Positions 44,850 to 57,182 are shown, counted from the stretch's first letter. The stretch: DNA of 64,000 bases from an uncultured Acidimicrobiales bacterium (GCA_963723995.1 CAVRSZ010000007.1:557580-621579), one strand, 5' to 3'. The notes: generated from the sequence alone by a model not told the origin. Translations and numbers: made by a program.

Positions 44850-45056
44850 TCAGTCGCAGCACGAGTCGCGCCACCCGCAGGCCCGGCACCGGTAGTGGGC
44901 GTGTTCGGGGGCCATGGCGCCGCCGCAGTGCGGGCACTCGGAGAACACGGCGTAGCGGGACGCCGTCGAACCCATACGACAGGTGGTCGACTCCGGCGAT
45001 GCCGGGACTCGGCCCGCCGCCTCGATGGGTGCGGAACCGCGGGGTGATGCCGTCAT
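44850..45056 (-). CDS. small zinc-ribbon protein
   Basis: 68 aa from ATG 45056, 10 nt after the murF stop. The C-terminus is CPHCGGAMAPEHAHYRCRACGWRDSCCD (two CxxC pairs). Confidence 0.45.
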   Translation of the reverse strand: MTASPRGSAPIEAAGRVPASPESTTCRMGSTASRYAVFSECPHCGGAMAPEHAHYRCRACGWRDSCCD

Positions 45057-45066
45057 GGATCCGACT

Positions 45067-46521
45067 CTAGTCGGCGCCGACGGTGGCGTCGCCGACCTGG
45101 GGCGCGACAGCGGGTTCGATGAGAATGTGGGCCAGCCGCTCGAGTCCGGCCACCCGGCTTCCTTTGACCAGCACGGCGGTGCCGGCCGACGGAGAGCCGA
45201 TCCGGGCATGGGCCTGTTCGATGGTGTCGACGTGGTGGACCGATGGACCGTAGTCGGGGGCGGCCACTGCGATCACGGTGATACCGGCGGCCGCCGCCTC
45301 GTCGGCCACGGCCCGGTGCTCGACCGCTCGCTCGTCTCCCAACTCGGCCATCTCCCCCACCACGGCAATCAGCCGGGCCGCGCCGGTGTCGGACAGTGCG
45401 GACAGGGCGGCCCGCATCGAGGTTGGGTTGGCATTGTAGGAATCGTTGATGACGGTGGCGCCGCTCGGGGCCGTCGTCACCTCCATCCGCCACGGCGAGA
45501 GCTCAACCGAGCCCAGATTGTCCACAGCCTGCTTGAACTCGATGCCGACGGCCAGGGCGGCGGCCACGGCGGCGGCGGCGTTGACCGCCATGTGGGCGCC
45601 CCGCACAGGCAGTGTCGTGGTGTGTCGACGCCGCGGTCCGTCGTCCGCCGAGACGTCGAACGTCACCGTCGGTCGCAGGTCGGGCTCCATCTTCAACTCG
45701 GCCACGGTGACATCGGGCCGGATGGCCTCGGAGCCGTGCACGCCGGCCACCGTCACCCCCGGCCCGAGACCGAAGGTCATGACCCGGGCCCGCGTTCGAT
45801 CGGCCATGGCCGCCACGTACGGGTTGTCGCCGTTCAGGACTGCGACGCCGTCGGCCGGCAGGGCCTCGACCAGCTCCCCCTTGCCCTCGGCCACGGCCTC
45901 GATGGAGCCGAACAGCTCGGAGTGGGCCAGAGCCACCGCTGTCACCATTCCGATCGTCGGCCGGGCCATCTCACACAGGTAGCGGACGTGCCCCACTCCC
46001 CTGGCCCCCATCTCCACGATCACGACGGCACCATTGTCGGGGGCGTTGGCCAGGGTGAGCGGAACGCCGATCTCGTTGTTGAACGACTTCTCGCTGGCCC
46101 ACGGAGTGGGCCGACCGGGCACCGTGCAGGCGGCCCGGGTCAGGTCCTTGACCGAGGTCTTGCCCACACTTCCGGTGATGCCGATCACCGGGCCGGTGAG
46201 CCGGTCCCGACCGAGCCGCCCGATGGCCACCAAGGCCCGGTCGGTGTCGTCCACCCGGATGCCGGGAATCGAGGCGTGGCGGGCAGCGACTTCGACGTCG
46301 CGGCTGCACAGATAGGCTGCGGCTCCTGCGTCCAGTGCGGCGTCGAGGAAGTCATGGCCATCCCGCTCGGCCATCAGGGGCACGAACAGTGAGCCCGGTT
46401 GGAGGGCCCGGCTGTCGATGCCCACACCATCGACCATCATCTCGTTCGGTCTCGGGCGCCCCTCGCCGGGCAGAATGGTGCCGTCGACGGCGGTGGCCAG
46501 TTCCTCCAGTCGGAATCGCAC
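45067..46521 (-). CDS. murF: UDP-N-acetylmuramoyl-tripeptide--D-alanyl-D-alanine ligase
   Basis: The Mur ligase layout is present: VIGITGSVGKTSVKD (P-loop), NNEIGVPLTL, EMGARGVGH and INDSYNANPTSM. The GTG start at 46521 is chosen by homology to the usual N-terminus; the ORF track extends to 46614. Confidence 0.85.
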   Translation of the reverse strand: MRFRLEELATAVDGTILPGEGRPRPNEMMVDGVGIDSRALQPGSLFVPLMAERDGHDFLDAALDAGAAAYLCSRDVEVAARHASIPGIRVDDTDRALVAIGRLGRDRLTGPVIGITGSVGKTSVKDLTRAACTVPGRPTPWASEKSFNNEIGVPLTLANAPDNGAVVIVEMGARGVGHVRYLCEMARPTIGMVTAVALAHSELFGSIEAVAEGKGELVEALPADGVAVLNGDNPYVAAMADRTRARVMTFGLGPGVTVAGVHGSEAIRPDVTVAELKMEPDLRPTVTFDVSADDGPRRRHTTTLPVRGAHMAVNAAAAVAAALAVGIEFKQAVDNLGSVELSPWRMEVTTAPSGATVINDSYNANPTSMRAALSALSDTGAARLIAVVGEMAELGDERAVEHRAVADEAAAAGITVIAVAAPDYGPSVHHVDTIEQAHARIGSPSAGTAVLVKGSRVAGLERLAHILIEPAVAPQVGDATVGAD

Positions 46522-46663
46522 ACTACCGGTGTATCGGGAAGTTCCCCGATTCCCGCCGGGGTTCGCTCCGAGCCGTGACCTCGACGGGGTCGTCGATCGT
46601 GCACCGATCTGCACACCCGGTCCATGCCCCCATCAGGCGAGGGATGCCCATTACCCTGTTGGC

Positions 46664-47764
46664 GTGACCTCCTCTCAGCCCATTCGCCTCATCGTGCTGT
46701 TCGGCGGCCAGTCGGCCGAGCACGATGTCTCGTGCACCACCGCAGCCCATGTGCTGGCGGCCGCCGACCCCTACCGCTACGACATCCACCCATTGGGTAT
46801 CACCAAGGAGGGCAGGTTCGTCACCGCCGCCGACGCCACCGCCCTGCTCCCCGCCGATCGAGCGCCGGATGCCCCCATTACACCGCTCCGGCCCGAGGGC
46901 CCGGGCACCGAGCTGATCGCCACCGTAGAGGCCACCCCACCCGACCAGCAGACCGTGGTCCTGCCCCTGCTGCACGGGCCTCTGGGCGAGGACGGCACGG
47001 TCCAGGGGCTTTGTGAGCTGGCCAACGTGCCCTATGTCGGGGCCGGTGTGCTCGGCTCGGCCGTGGCCATGGACAAGGCCATGGCCAAGACCGTGCTCGA
47101 CGCCGCCGGTCTGCCCCAGGCCAGGTGGCTGTCGTTCACCGAGTCGGAGGTGGCCTCGGATCAGGCCGGGGTTGTCAAGACCATCGTGACCGAGCTGGGC
47201 CTTCCCTGTTTCGTGAAACCGGCCAACATGGGCTCGTCGGTCGGGGTCGGCAAGGCCAAGACCGAGGACGATGTGGCCCGAGCCCTGGCCACCGCCTTCG
47301 TCTACGACGAGATCGTGGTGGTTGAGGAGGCGGTCACCGCCCGGGAGATCGAGCTGTCGGTGCTGGGCAACCACCAACTCGAGGTGTCGGTGCCGGGCGA
47401 GATCGTGCCGGGGGCCGAGTTCTATGACTACAACGACAAGTACCACGACGGTACGGCCCAGCTCATCATTCCGGCCCGACTGCCGGCCGGGGTGACCGAG
47501 CAGCTCCAGCAGCTGGCCATCGAGGCCTATCGGGCGTTACGGGTTGAGGGTATGGCACGGGCCGATTTCCTGTACGAGGAGGGCGGCCGCGGTCCGCTCA
47601 TCAATGAGCTGAACACTATTCCCGGATTCACCCCGATCTCGATGTATCCCAAACTGTGGGAGGCCTCGGGCCTGCCCTATTCCGATCTCATCGACCGGCT
47701 GGTCGACCTGGCCATCGAACGCCACCGGCGACGGGTGGTGAAGCGCACCACCGACCGGGCCTGA
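46664..47764 (+). CDS. ddl: D-alanine--D-alanine ligase
   Basis: 366 aa from GTG 46664. IRLIVLFGGQSAEHDVS, LHGPLGEDGTVQGL, FVKPANMGSSVG and LNELNTIPGFT are canonical Ddl blocks. Confidence 0.9.
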   Translation: MTSSQPIRLIVLFGGQSAEHDVSCTTAAHVLAAADPYRYDIHPLGITKEGRFVTAADATALLPADRAPDAPITPLRPEGPGTELIATVEATPPDQQTVVLPLLHGPLGEDGTVQGLCELANVPYVGAGVLGSAVAMDKAMAKTVLDAAGLPQARWLSFTESEVASDQAGVVKTIVTELGLPCFVKPANMGSSVGVGKAKTEDDVARALATAFVYDEIVVVEEAVTAREIELSVLGNHQLEVSVPGEIVPGAEFYDYNDKYHDGTAQLIIPARLPAGVTEQLQQLAIEAYRALRVEGMARADFLYEEGGRGPLINELNTIPGFTPISMYPKLWEASGLPYSDLIDRLVDLAIERHRRRVVKRTTDRA

Positions 47765-47786
47765 ACCGATCCGACTCGGACCGAGG

Positions 47787-50150
47787 CTAGAATCCGCCGC
47801 TGCTGCGGCCGCCGCCGAAACTATGGCCACCGCCGCTGAACCCACCGCCGCCGAGACTATGGCCACCACCGCTGAGGCCACCGCCGCCGATACTCCGACC
47901 GCCACCGCCAAATCCGCCGGTGGTGGTGTGGCCGAATCCGCCGCCGCCGACGACCACCCAGGTACCACCCCGGCGCCGGCGGGCGATGACGCGTTCCTGG
48001 ATGGCCAGCGCCTCATCGGCAATGTCGGCGGCGGCGTCGGCCCGCTCCCCCGGTTGCTCGGGCAGTCGTTGCAGCCGCTCCTCCAACCGTTCGAGGGCGT
48101 CACCCATGCTTGACTGAAACAGTTCCCATCCCAGGGCCCGCCGAGCTCGAGCCACCGCTCGCTCAGCCCTGGCAACCTCCCTTTGGGCCTCGCGCCGCAT
48201 GGCCTGCATCATGGCCTTCTCGTCCTCGGCCTTGGTCATGACCTCATCCATCTGCCTGTTGAGAGCGTTGCCGGTGTCGGCCACCCGCAGGTAGTTGGGC
48301 TTCACCTGGCGCAGCTCCATCTCCAGCCCGTCCAGAGTCTGGGCGAACTCGGCCGGTTCGCGGTTGAAACTATCGTCCAGATCGTCGTCGCTGGCTTCGA
48401 TGAAGCTGGCCAGCTCGCTCAGAATCTCGCGACCCTGGGCCATGATCGTGGGCGCCTCCTCCCGGGCATGTTCCAGATCCACCATGAGGTCTTCCATCTG
48501 GTCCAGGTAGTGGTCGGCGGTGATGATGTGCAGACCGGCCTGCTCCAGCTCCCGGCCGGCGTCGTCGAACCGCTGCCGGCTGAGGGTCTCGGTCATGGTC
48601 ACGGCCCTGATCTTCCGGGCCTGTTCGATCTCGTCCACCGCTTGTTCGGCGAAGTCGGCGGCCCACCGCCAGGAATCGGCGGCGTGGAGCGACGCCAAGG
48701 ACGTGAAGCGACGGCGTACATCCTCGGAGCGGGCCAGCTCGAGCTCGGCGGCCGACTCCAGTTCCTGATTCCATTTCTTCAACGACTCCACTCGAGACGG
48801 CAGAGCCTGGAGGTAGTGGCTGGTCGCGAACAGCTTGGCTTCGTTGCCCTCGACGTTTTCGCTGTGGGCCAGCCAGTCCTGTTCCAGCGATGCGAACTCG
48901 AGTGCCGACAGCCCGGTCTGCATCTTCTCCAGTTCGTTGACCTGGCCGGCCACGGCCCAGCCTTGGGACGCCCGCTGGCTGGCAAGCGACTTGGCTCCTT
49001 CGATCTCCTCCAGCAACAGCTCACGCTTGGCCGGTACCGCCACCCGGAGATGATCAAGGTGTGCCCCGAATGCGACAAGCCGATCGAGGGCCTCGTCGTT
49101 GAGGTCGAGGGCTCGGGACAGCTCGACCACACGCAGGCGGGCAGCCTCCAGGGCGGTTCGGTCGGCGCTTCCGACACCGCCGGGCAGCGACTGGTTGAGC
49201 AGCGCAGCCGCTCGTTCGGTCTCGGTGCGGGCCGAGGAGGTCTGACGGCGAAGATCCGACAGCGACTCGCTGGTCCGGCCCGACGTGACCTTCTCCCAGA
49301 CGTCGGCCTGGGCCGACAACCGGTCGTCCCTCTCCCGGAGTACGCCGACCCGGATCTGGGGCCCGGCCATCGAGCTCTGCAGGCGTTGGCGGGCCTCGGT
49401 GAGTTTGCGCCGGCGGTTGACGGCCACGAAAACCCCGGCTCCCGCCCCCAGCACGCTCAACCCACCGGCCACGGGAAGTAATGAAATGCCGTCACCGTCG
49501 GACTCGGGGCCAACCTGGCCGTCATCGGCCACCCCTTGGTCCTCGGCTCCGGGGACGAGTTCTCCGTTGTCTTCGCCCGAACCCGTGGCGGCGTCGATTC
49601 GGGACGAGATCTCCACGATGGCGTCGGTCATCGCCTCGGTGTACTCACCGTCACGAGCCCGGTCGCCGATCGTTTTCTCCCGGATGGCATCGGCGTCGCC
49701 CACATCGGCCAACCAGCGATCACCGATCCACAGGTCGGACTGCCGATCCTCGATGGAGAGGCTGATCATGACGGTCGAGTCGTCCAGTCCGTCCTCACCG
49801 CCGCTGAAACACTGGGCCACGATCTCGTTCACAGCATCGACCAAATCACCGCCGGGGGCACGGTCGAAGCCCCGAACGACGAAACGGACATCGGGAGGAG
49901 CCGAGTTCAGTATCGACTCGTTGATGGTGTCGACATTGAACTCCCCGCTGGTGTCGACCACCGCCTGGTCACAGTCGAATGGATCCTGGGCCAGGGCAGG
50001 AGCGGCCGACATCATGGTGAGGGTCAGGGCGAGAACGGCCATCGCCGTTGCGGCCGACGCGGTCGACGAGAGCACCCCTTGCCCGACCGGCCCGGCGATC
50101 GACGACCGGACTACACGGAGGAAGCTCGCCCTGGTGTTCCCATCAGTCAT
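47787..50150 (-). CDS. TPM-domain / long coiled-coil / Gly-rich-tail envelope protein
   Basis: 787 aa from ATG 50150. It has a signal/TM segment, a TPM-like domain (..VVDTSGEF...VMISLSIEDRQSDLWIGDRW...GEYTEAMTDAIVEI), a TM helix (LLPVAGGLSVLGAGAGVFVAV), a ~450-aa helical region, and a C-terminal GGGGFGHTTTGGFGGGGRSIGGGGLSGGGHSLGGGGFSGGGHSFGGG tail. Confidence 0.6.
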   Translation of the reverse strand: MTDGNTRASFLRVVRSSIAGPVGQGVLSSTASAATAMAVLALTLTMMSAAPALAQDPFDCDQAVVDTSGEFNVDTINESILNSAPPDVRFVVRGFDRAPGGDLVDAVNEIVAQCFSGGEDGLDDSTVMISLSIEDRQSDLWIGDRWLADVGDADAIREKTIGDRARDGEYTEAMTDAIVEISSRIDAATGSGEDNGELVPGAEDQGVADDGQVGPESDGDGISLLPVAGGLSVLGAGAGVFVAVNRRRKLTEARQRLQSSMAGPQIRVGVLRERDDRLSAQADVWEKVTSGRTSESLSDLRRQTSSARTETERAAALLNQSLPGGVGSADRTALEAARLRVVELSRALDLNDEALDRLVAFGAHLDHLRVAVPAKRELLLEEIEGAKSLASQRASQGWAVAGQVNELEKMQTGLSALEFASLEQDWLAHSENVEGNEAKLFATSHYLQALPSRVESLKKWNQELESAAELELARSEDVRRRFTSLASLHAADSWRWAADFAEQAVDEIEQARKIRAVTMTETLSRQRFDDAGRELEQAGLHIITADHYLDQMEDLMVDLEHAREEAPTIMAQGREILSELASFIEASDDDLDDSFNREPAEFAQTLDGLEMELRQVKPNYLRVADTGNALNRQMDEVMTKAEDEKAMMQAMRREAQREVARAERAVARARRALGWELFQSSMGDALERLEERLQRLPEQPGERADAAADIADEALAIQERVIARRRRGGTWVVVGGGGFGHTTTGGFGGGGRSIGGGGLSGGGHSLGGGGFSGGGHSFGGGRSSGGF

Positions 50151-50781
50151 GGTGTCTCGCTTGCCGCTCGGGGTGGTACGTGGCTGGGGGCCCCGGCGTC
50201 CCCGGTACCAACACAGCTTCCAAAAACGATAACAAAGTGCGACGCAACCCGGCCGCCACCCGGACATCGAGCGTCAGGCCCATGATTCTCAATACCTCGG
50301 GCTCGGTGACCACGCCGGACACCACGGCATACGCCGAAGCCAACAGCAGCCGGGGATCGTGGGGGCCGAACGCACCGGTCTGCATTCCCCGGCGAAGTCC
50401 ATTCTCGGCCTCGGCCACGATGGATTCCAACCGATCGACTGCGGATCGGGACCACGGTGGGCCCAGGCGGCTGGTCTCCCGTAGCACACCGACCAGCTCG
50501 GGGCGACGCAGGGCCAGCGCGAAACTGGCCCTCACCGCGGCCTCGACCGAGGCCCACCCCGGCGCGGAATCAGCGGTGGCGGCCCGCAATTCGGTTACCA
50601 GATCATCGGCGGCCCGACTCAGCACGGCCTCGATCAGCCCGTTCTTCGACCCGAAATGGTAGAGGATCGTCTGCTTGGTGACCCCGAGCTGACCGGCCAG
50701 GGCGTCGAGAGAAGTGCCGGCCACGCCCTGTTCGGCGAAAGCGACGGTTGCCACGTCGAGTACCCTATGCTTGGTTGTCAC
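50143..50781 (-). CDS. TetR-family transcriptional regulator
   Basis: 212 aa. The HTH is VLDVATVAFAEQGVAGTSLDALAGQLGVTKQTILYHFGSKNGL. An 8-nt overlap links it to the downstream TPM gene. Confidence 0.85.
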   Translation of the reverse strand: MTTKHRVLDVATVAFAEQGVAGTSLDALAGQLGVTKQTILYHFGSKNGLIEAVLSRAADDLVTELRAATADSAPGWASVEAAVRASFALALRRPELVGVLRETSRLGPPWSRSAVDRLESIVAEAENGLRRGMQTGAFGPHDPRLLLASAYAVVSGVVTEPEVLRIMGLTLDVRVAAGLRRTLLSFLEAVLVPGTPGPPATYHPERQARHHD

Positions 50782-50871
50782 TTACCAAATGGTAGACGAA
50801 CCGTCGGCACCGTGGACAGGACTTCCTGGCCGACAGCAACACTCAGCACTTGCGCAAAGACACATGAAGCG

Positions 50872-53195
50872 ATGATTGCAGACGAACTGGCAGGAAAACG
50901 TATCGCCGTCACCGGGGCGACCGGCTTCCTCGGCACCGCCCTGGTCGAACGCCTCCTGAGGGGTGTACCCGAGTGTCGGATCGTGCTGCTGATCCGTGCC
51001 GGGCGACGATCGTCGCCCAAGCAACGGGCCCGCCGGGAGATCTTCCGCAACGACGCCTTCCGTGGCATGCTCCAGGATCGGGGCAAGGACGCCTTCTGGG
51101 ACGAAATCGAACGCCGGGTCGATGTCATCGAAGGAGATGTCAGCCTCGATGGCCTGGGTTTGACGACCGACGGTCGGCGCATCCTGGCCGATTGTGACAT
51201 CGTCATCCATTCTGCGGCCACGGTCAGCTTCGACGCCCCATTGGATGGCGCCGTCGAGGTCAACCTGTTGGGCCCGACCCGAATCGTGGCAACCTTGCAT
51301 GATCTGGGCGTCGCCCCTCATTTCGTCGCCGTGTCCACTTGCTACGTCGCCGGCAATCGTCGGGGCCACGCCCCGGAGCAGCTGCTGAGTGACAGCCCGT
51401 TCCACATCGACGTGGACTGGCGGGAGGAGGTCACCGCCGCCCGCCGGACCAGAGCCGACTTCGACGCCCAATCACGGGCGGCCGAACACCTGGAGGACTT
51501 CCGCAAGCAGGCCCGCCACGAACTGGGGGCAGCCGGCACTCCCCTGCTGGCAGCCAAAACCGAGCAACTTCGCCAGCGTTGGGTCAACGACCAGCTGGTG
51601 GAGGCCGGGCGGGCCCGGGCCGCCTCGCTGGGATGGCCCGATGCCTATGCCTACACCAAGGCTCTAGGTGAACGGGCCCTGGACGAGACCAAGGGCGATG
51701 TCCCGGTGTCCCTCGTGCGCCCATCGATCATCGAGTCGGCGTGGTCCGAACCCCATGCCGGCTGGATCAAGGGCTTCCGCATGGCCGAGCCCATCATCAT
51801 CAGCTACGCCCGGGGTCTGCTCAAGGAGTTCCCCGGGGTTCCCGAGGGTGTCATCGACGTGATCCCCGTCGACCTGGTGGTCCACGCCATCATCGCCGTC
51901 GCCGCCCACGGACCCCTCCCCGGCGACATCGTCCAGGTCGCCTCCGGCACCCGCAACCCGCTGTACTACCGACGTCTGGTCGACCTGGTCAGCGGCTGGT
52001 TCACCGAGAACCCGCTCTATGACCGCAAAGGTCAGCCCATCTCGGTCCCCGAGTGGTCGTTCCCGGGAAGGGGGGCGGTGGAACGGCAGCTCAACCGGGT
52101 CCACCGAAACCTGGAGTGGGCAGACCGTACGTTGAAGTTGCTGCCGCTTCGAGGGCGACAGGCGCTCCTCAACGCCGAGCTCGAGGGGCGCCGGGACGAG
52201 GTGTCCCGGGCCGTCGGCTATGTCAAGATCTACGGCGCCTACGCCGAGTGCGAGGCCCTGTACGGGGTGGAGAACCTGCTGGCGCTCCACGACTCACTCG
52301 ATCCCGCCGATCAGGAGACCTTCGGATGCGATCCGGCCGTCATCGACTGGGATGTCTATGTCCAGCAGGTCCATTTGCCGTCGGTGGTGGAGCACGCCAG
52401 GGTCAAGACCACGGGTGAACGTTCGGATCCCGACGCCCGCACCGGCCGGCTCCGGAAACGGGTGCTCTCTCCCGATCGCCATCTGGCCGCCTTCGATCTG
52501 GAGAACACCATCATCGCCTCCAACGTCGTCTTCAGCTATGCCTGGCTTGCCACCCGCAACCTTGGGGCCGGTGACCGCATGCGCTTCACCTTGAAGACCC
52601 TGAGTGAGGCCCCCGGTCTGCTGGCCCTGGACCGCAGGGACCGAACCGACTTCCTGCGCCACTTCTATCGACGCTACGAGGGCGCCTCGGTGGCCGAGCT
52701 GGACGAGCTGGGCTCCGAATTGCTGGCCGATCACATCCTGACCAAGGCCTTCCCCGCCGCCCTGCGCCGGGTGCGGGAACACCGTCGCCTCGGTCACCGC
52801 ACCGTGCTGATCACCGGAGCGTTGAATGTCGTGGTCAACCCGATTCGACCACTGTTCGACGACGTGATCTGCGCCGAGATGACCCAGCGCGGCGGCCGCT
52901 ACACCGGCGAGCTCCTCACCGTGCCTCCCACGGGCGAGGTCCGGGCCCAAGCGCTTCGGGACTACGCCGATCTCCATGACGTCGATCTGGCCGAATCGGT
53001 GGCCTACGCCGATTCCTCCTCCGACCTTCCCCTGCTGGACGCCGTCGGGTTTCCGGTTGCGGTGAACCCCGAGACCCGGCTGGCCTCGATGGCGACCAAG
53101 CGGGGCTGGTTGATCGAGTACTGGTCCAAGGCCGACGGCGGCACCGACAAGCTGCTGCCTCTGGGACCGCTGCCCACCATGCGACGGAGCCGCAA

Positions 53196-53199
<4 letters not shown>
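50872..53199 (+). CDS. fusion protein: fatty acyl-CoA reductase-like (NAD_binding_4/SDR-e) domain + HAD-IB hydrolase-like domain
   Basis: 775 aa from ATG 50872. It has VTGATGFLGTALVERLL, STCYVAG and YAYTKALGE (YxxxK). The C-terminal half has AAFDLENTII, LITGALNVVV and YADSSSDLPLL (HAD-IB layout, with the second Asp of DxDxT replaced). Confidence 0.7.
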
Positions 53200-54881
<1,682 letters not shown>

Positions 54882-54907
54882 TAGCGAGGACGGGGTACGA
54901 ACGACAA

Positions 54908-55801
54908 ATGGGCTGGTTGCGATTCATCACCCAACCTCCTCCAACTCCCCGCGGGGTGGAGCGGCGGGAAACCGAACCGAGGACCGGGGTTCACTACGAC
55001 ACCGAATGGGCGCAGCGACCGGTGGCCAAATGGGTTCGCAAGGCCGGAGTCTGGGGGTTCTTCAAACCGGCCATCGCCATCTACTCCAGTCCCCGGGTCA
55101 TCGGCCTCGACCGGCTCGACAAGGTTGAATCGCCCGTCATCTTCGCCGCCAACCATCACAGCCATACCGACACCAGCCTGCTGCTGGCCACGCTGCCGAG
55201 CCGGCTGAGGGACGATCTGGCCATCGCCGCCGGTGCCGACTACTTCTTTCCCAACCGGGTGGCCGGCGCCATCTCGGCCCTGTTCATCGGAGCCATTCCG
55301 ATCGAGCGTCAGAAGCTGTCGAAGCTCTCCATCCGCAATAGCCTCGACGCCCTGGAGCGGGGCCAGAACCTGTTGATCTTTCCCGAAGGCGGACGGAGTC
55401 CCGACGGCTGGAGCCAGGAGCACCGACCCGGCGCCGCCTACCTGGCCAAGAGGACCCAGGCCCCGGTGATCCCCGTGTACCTCGACGGCACGGCCAACGT
55501 GCTGCCAAAGGGCAGGACCTGGCCGTCACGAGGGCGCTGCGCCGTGGTGTTCGGTGATCCCATGCAGATCGAGGCCGACGAGAATCCTCGGGTCTTCGCC
55601 AAGCGAGTGGAGCAGCGGGTGAACGAACTGGCCGACGAGTTCACCTCAGGCTGGTGGGAAGCCCGCAAGAAGGCCTACCGCAACGCCACTCCCGGCACCA
55701 CGGGCCCCGAGGCCGGAGCCTGGCGGCGCCGGTGGGCTCTGGGCCCCAAGCCGGGACAGCACCGTTCGAAGCCGGGGCGTCGCCGCTGGCCCGAGCTCTG
55801 A
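54908..55801 (+). CDS. 1-acyl-sn-glycerol-3-phosphate acyltransferase family (PlsC-like)
   Basis: HxxxxD motif ANHHSHTDTSLL, plus LLIFPEGGRSPDG and VIPVYLDGT. Confidence 0.8.
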   Translation: MGWLRFITQPPPTPRGVERRETEPRTGVHYDTEWAQRPVAKWVRKAGVWGFFKPAIAIYSSPRVIGLDRLDKVESPVIFAANHHSHTDTSLLLATLPSRLRDDLAIAAGADYFFPNRVAGAISALFIGAIPIERQKLSKLSIRNSLDALERGQNLLIFPEGGRSPDGWSQEHRPGAAYLAKRTQAPVIPVYLDGTANVLPKGRTWPSRGRCAVVFGDPMQIEADENPRVFAKRVEQRVNELADEFTSGWWEARKKAYRNATPGTTGPEAGAWRRRWALGPKPGQHRSKPGRRRWPEL

Positions 55802-55871
55802 GCACTTTGGCGTCCGGCCAACCGTCGCTGAGACCTGACGTGGTCGTGAACATCCAAGCCGCCAAACGAAG

Positions 55872-56420
55872 CTAGGGAGTCTCGGCCTCGGTGTCGAGTG
55901 CACGGCAATCGAGCACCCGGTTCCGATTGCCGCAGGTCAGCCCGAACTGCTCATACTCGCTTCCCACCGGTGACTGTTCGAACAGGAGGTCACAAGCCTC
56001 ACCGTCGCCGGCCTCACACCCGTCCCACAGCCGGTCGAGCGCACCGTCATCGCCGTAGTCCATGGGCTGATCGTCGCCGAAGGCCAGCCCAGTTCCCGAT
56101 GGTTCGCCACCGACCGAGGTGTCGGGTTCGTCGTCGGATCGATCCAACACCTCCTGAGCCCGCTCGCAACTGGCCACCAGTTCCTCCTCCATGACGGAGT
56201 CCAGCGGTCCTCGCCGCAGTTCATCGGTGGCGAGCTGCAGGACACAATCGGTCACCTCGTCGGCCACATCGGCCCCACCCAGACGCTGACGAAGCTCGAC
56301 CTCCGGAGCCGGATCGGCCGAGTCGTCGCCACCGGCACAGGCGGCGAGCACCAGGCAACACGCAGCGAGCCCGGCGGTGGCCCGGCGACGGATCCCCGAT
56401 CGAATGCGGTGGTGTGGCAC
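55872..56420 (-). CDS. putative lipoprotein, acidic and Cys-rich
   Basis: RRRATAGLAACCLVLAACAGGDD (lipobox), then an Asp/Glu/Cys-rich domain. Start is uncertain (GTG 56420). Confidence 0.45.
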   Translation of the reverse strand: MPHHRIRSGIRRRATAGLAACCLVLAACAGGDDSADPAPEVELRQRLGGADVADEVTDCVLQLATDELRRGPLDSVMEEELVASCERAQEVLDRSDDEPDTSVGGEPSGTGLAFGDDQPMDYGDDGALDRLWDGCEAGDGEACDLLFEQSPVGSEYEQFGLTCGNRNRVLDCRALDTEAETP

Positions 56421-56520
56421 CCTGTTCTCATCGGACACGACCTTCGAGCCGTGAGCCGCCGGTCGGACGTCACCGCCGGGCACCAACCGGACGACGACCC
56501 GGAAGCAGCGAGGAGCAGCC

Positions 56521-57180
56521 ATGAAGTTGAACCTGTCGGCCGACGAGGTGCTGACCACCACCCGCTCGGTGCGAAAGCGGCTGGACTTCGATCGCCCGGT
56601 CGAGGCGACGACGGTGCTGGAGTGCATCGACATCGCCCTCCAGGCCCCGACCGGGTCGAATCGCCAAGGCTGGCAGTGGATGGTGGTGGCCGACCCCGAC
56701 AAGAAGCGGGCCATCGCCGAGATGTACCGAGCCCACTTCGCCGCCTATGCCAAGCTGCCGCCGCCGGACTACGACCCGGCCGACACTCGGGCCCGGCGAC
56801 GGGACCAGGTGCGGTCGTCGGCCAACTACCTGGCGGAGAACTTCGAGCGGGCACCCATGATGGTCATACCACTGATCGCCGGCCGCCTCGGCCCGGGAGC
56901 CGAGACCTTCCAACAGGCGTCGGCCTGGGGTTCCATCCTGCCTGCGGTGTGGAGCTTCATGCTGGCCCTCCGGGAGCGAGGCCTCGGTTCGGCCTGGACC
57001 ACCCTGCACCTGCCCGACGAGCGCGCCGTGGCCGACATTCTCGACATTCCCTTCGACGACTACACCCAGGCCGGGCTGTTCCCCGTCGCCTACACCAAGG
57101 GCACCGACTTCAAACCGGCGCCCCGACTACCGGCGGTCGAGCTTACTCACTGGGACACCTGGGACAATCGGGCCTTCTGA
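56521..57180 (+). CDS. nitroreductase-family protein
   Basis: 219 aa. VLTTTRSVRKRLDFDRPVEATTVLECIDIALQAPTGSNRQGWQWMVV is a typical nitroreductase N-terminus. Confidence 0.75.
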   Translation: MKLNLSADEVLTTTRSVRKRLDFDRPVEATTVLECIDIALQAPTGSNRQGWQWMVVADPDKKRAIAEMYRAHFAAYAKLPPPDYDPADTRARRRDQVRSSANYLAENFERAPMMVIPLIAGRLGPGAETFQQASAWGSILPAVWSFMLALRERGLGSAWTTLHLPDERAVADILDIPFDDYTQAGLFPVAYTKGTDFKPAPRLPAVELTHWDTWDNRAF

Positions 57181-57182
57181 CA

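Noticed and set aside
44983-46392. 469-aa ORF on the plus strand
   Set aside because: It is antisense to murF, which has clear Mur-ligase motifs.
47823-48113. Ala-rich 96-aa ORF
   Set aside because: It is the antisense reading of the Gly-rich tail of the TPM/coiled-coil protein.
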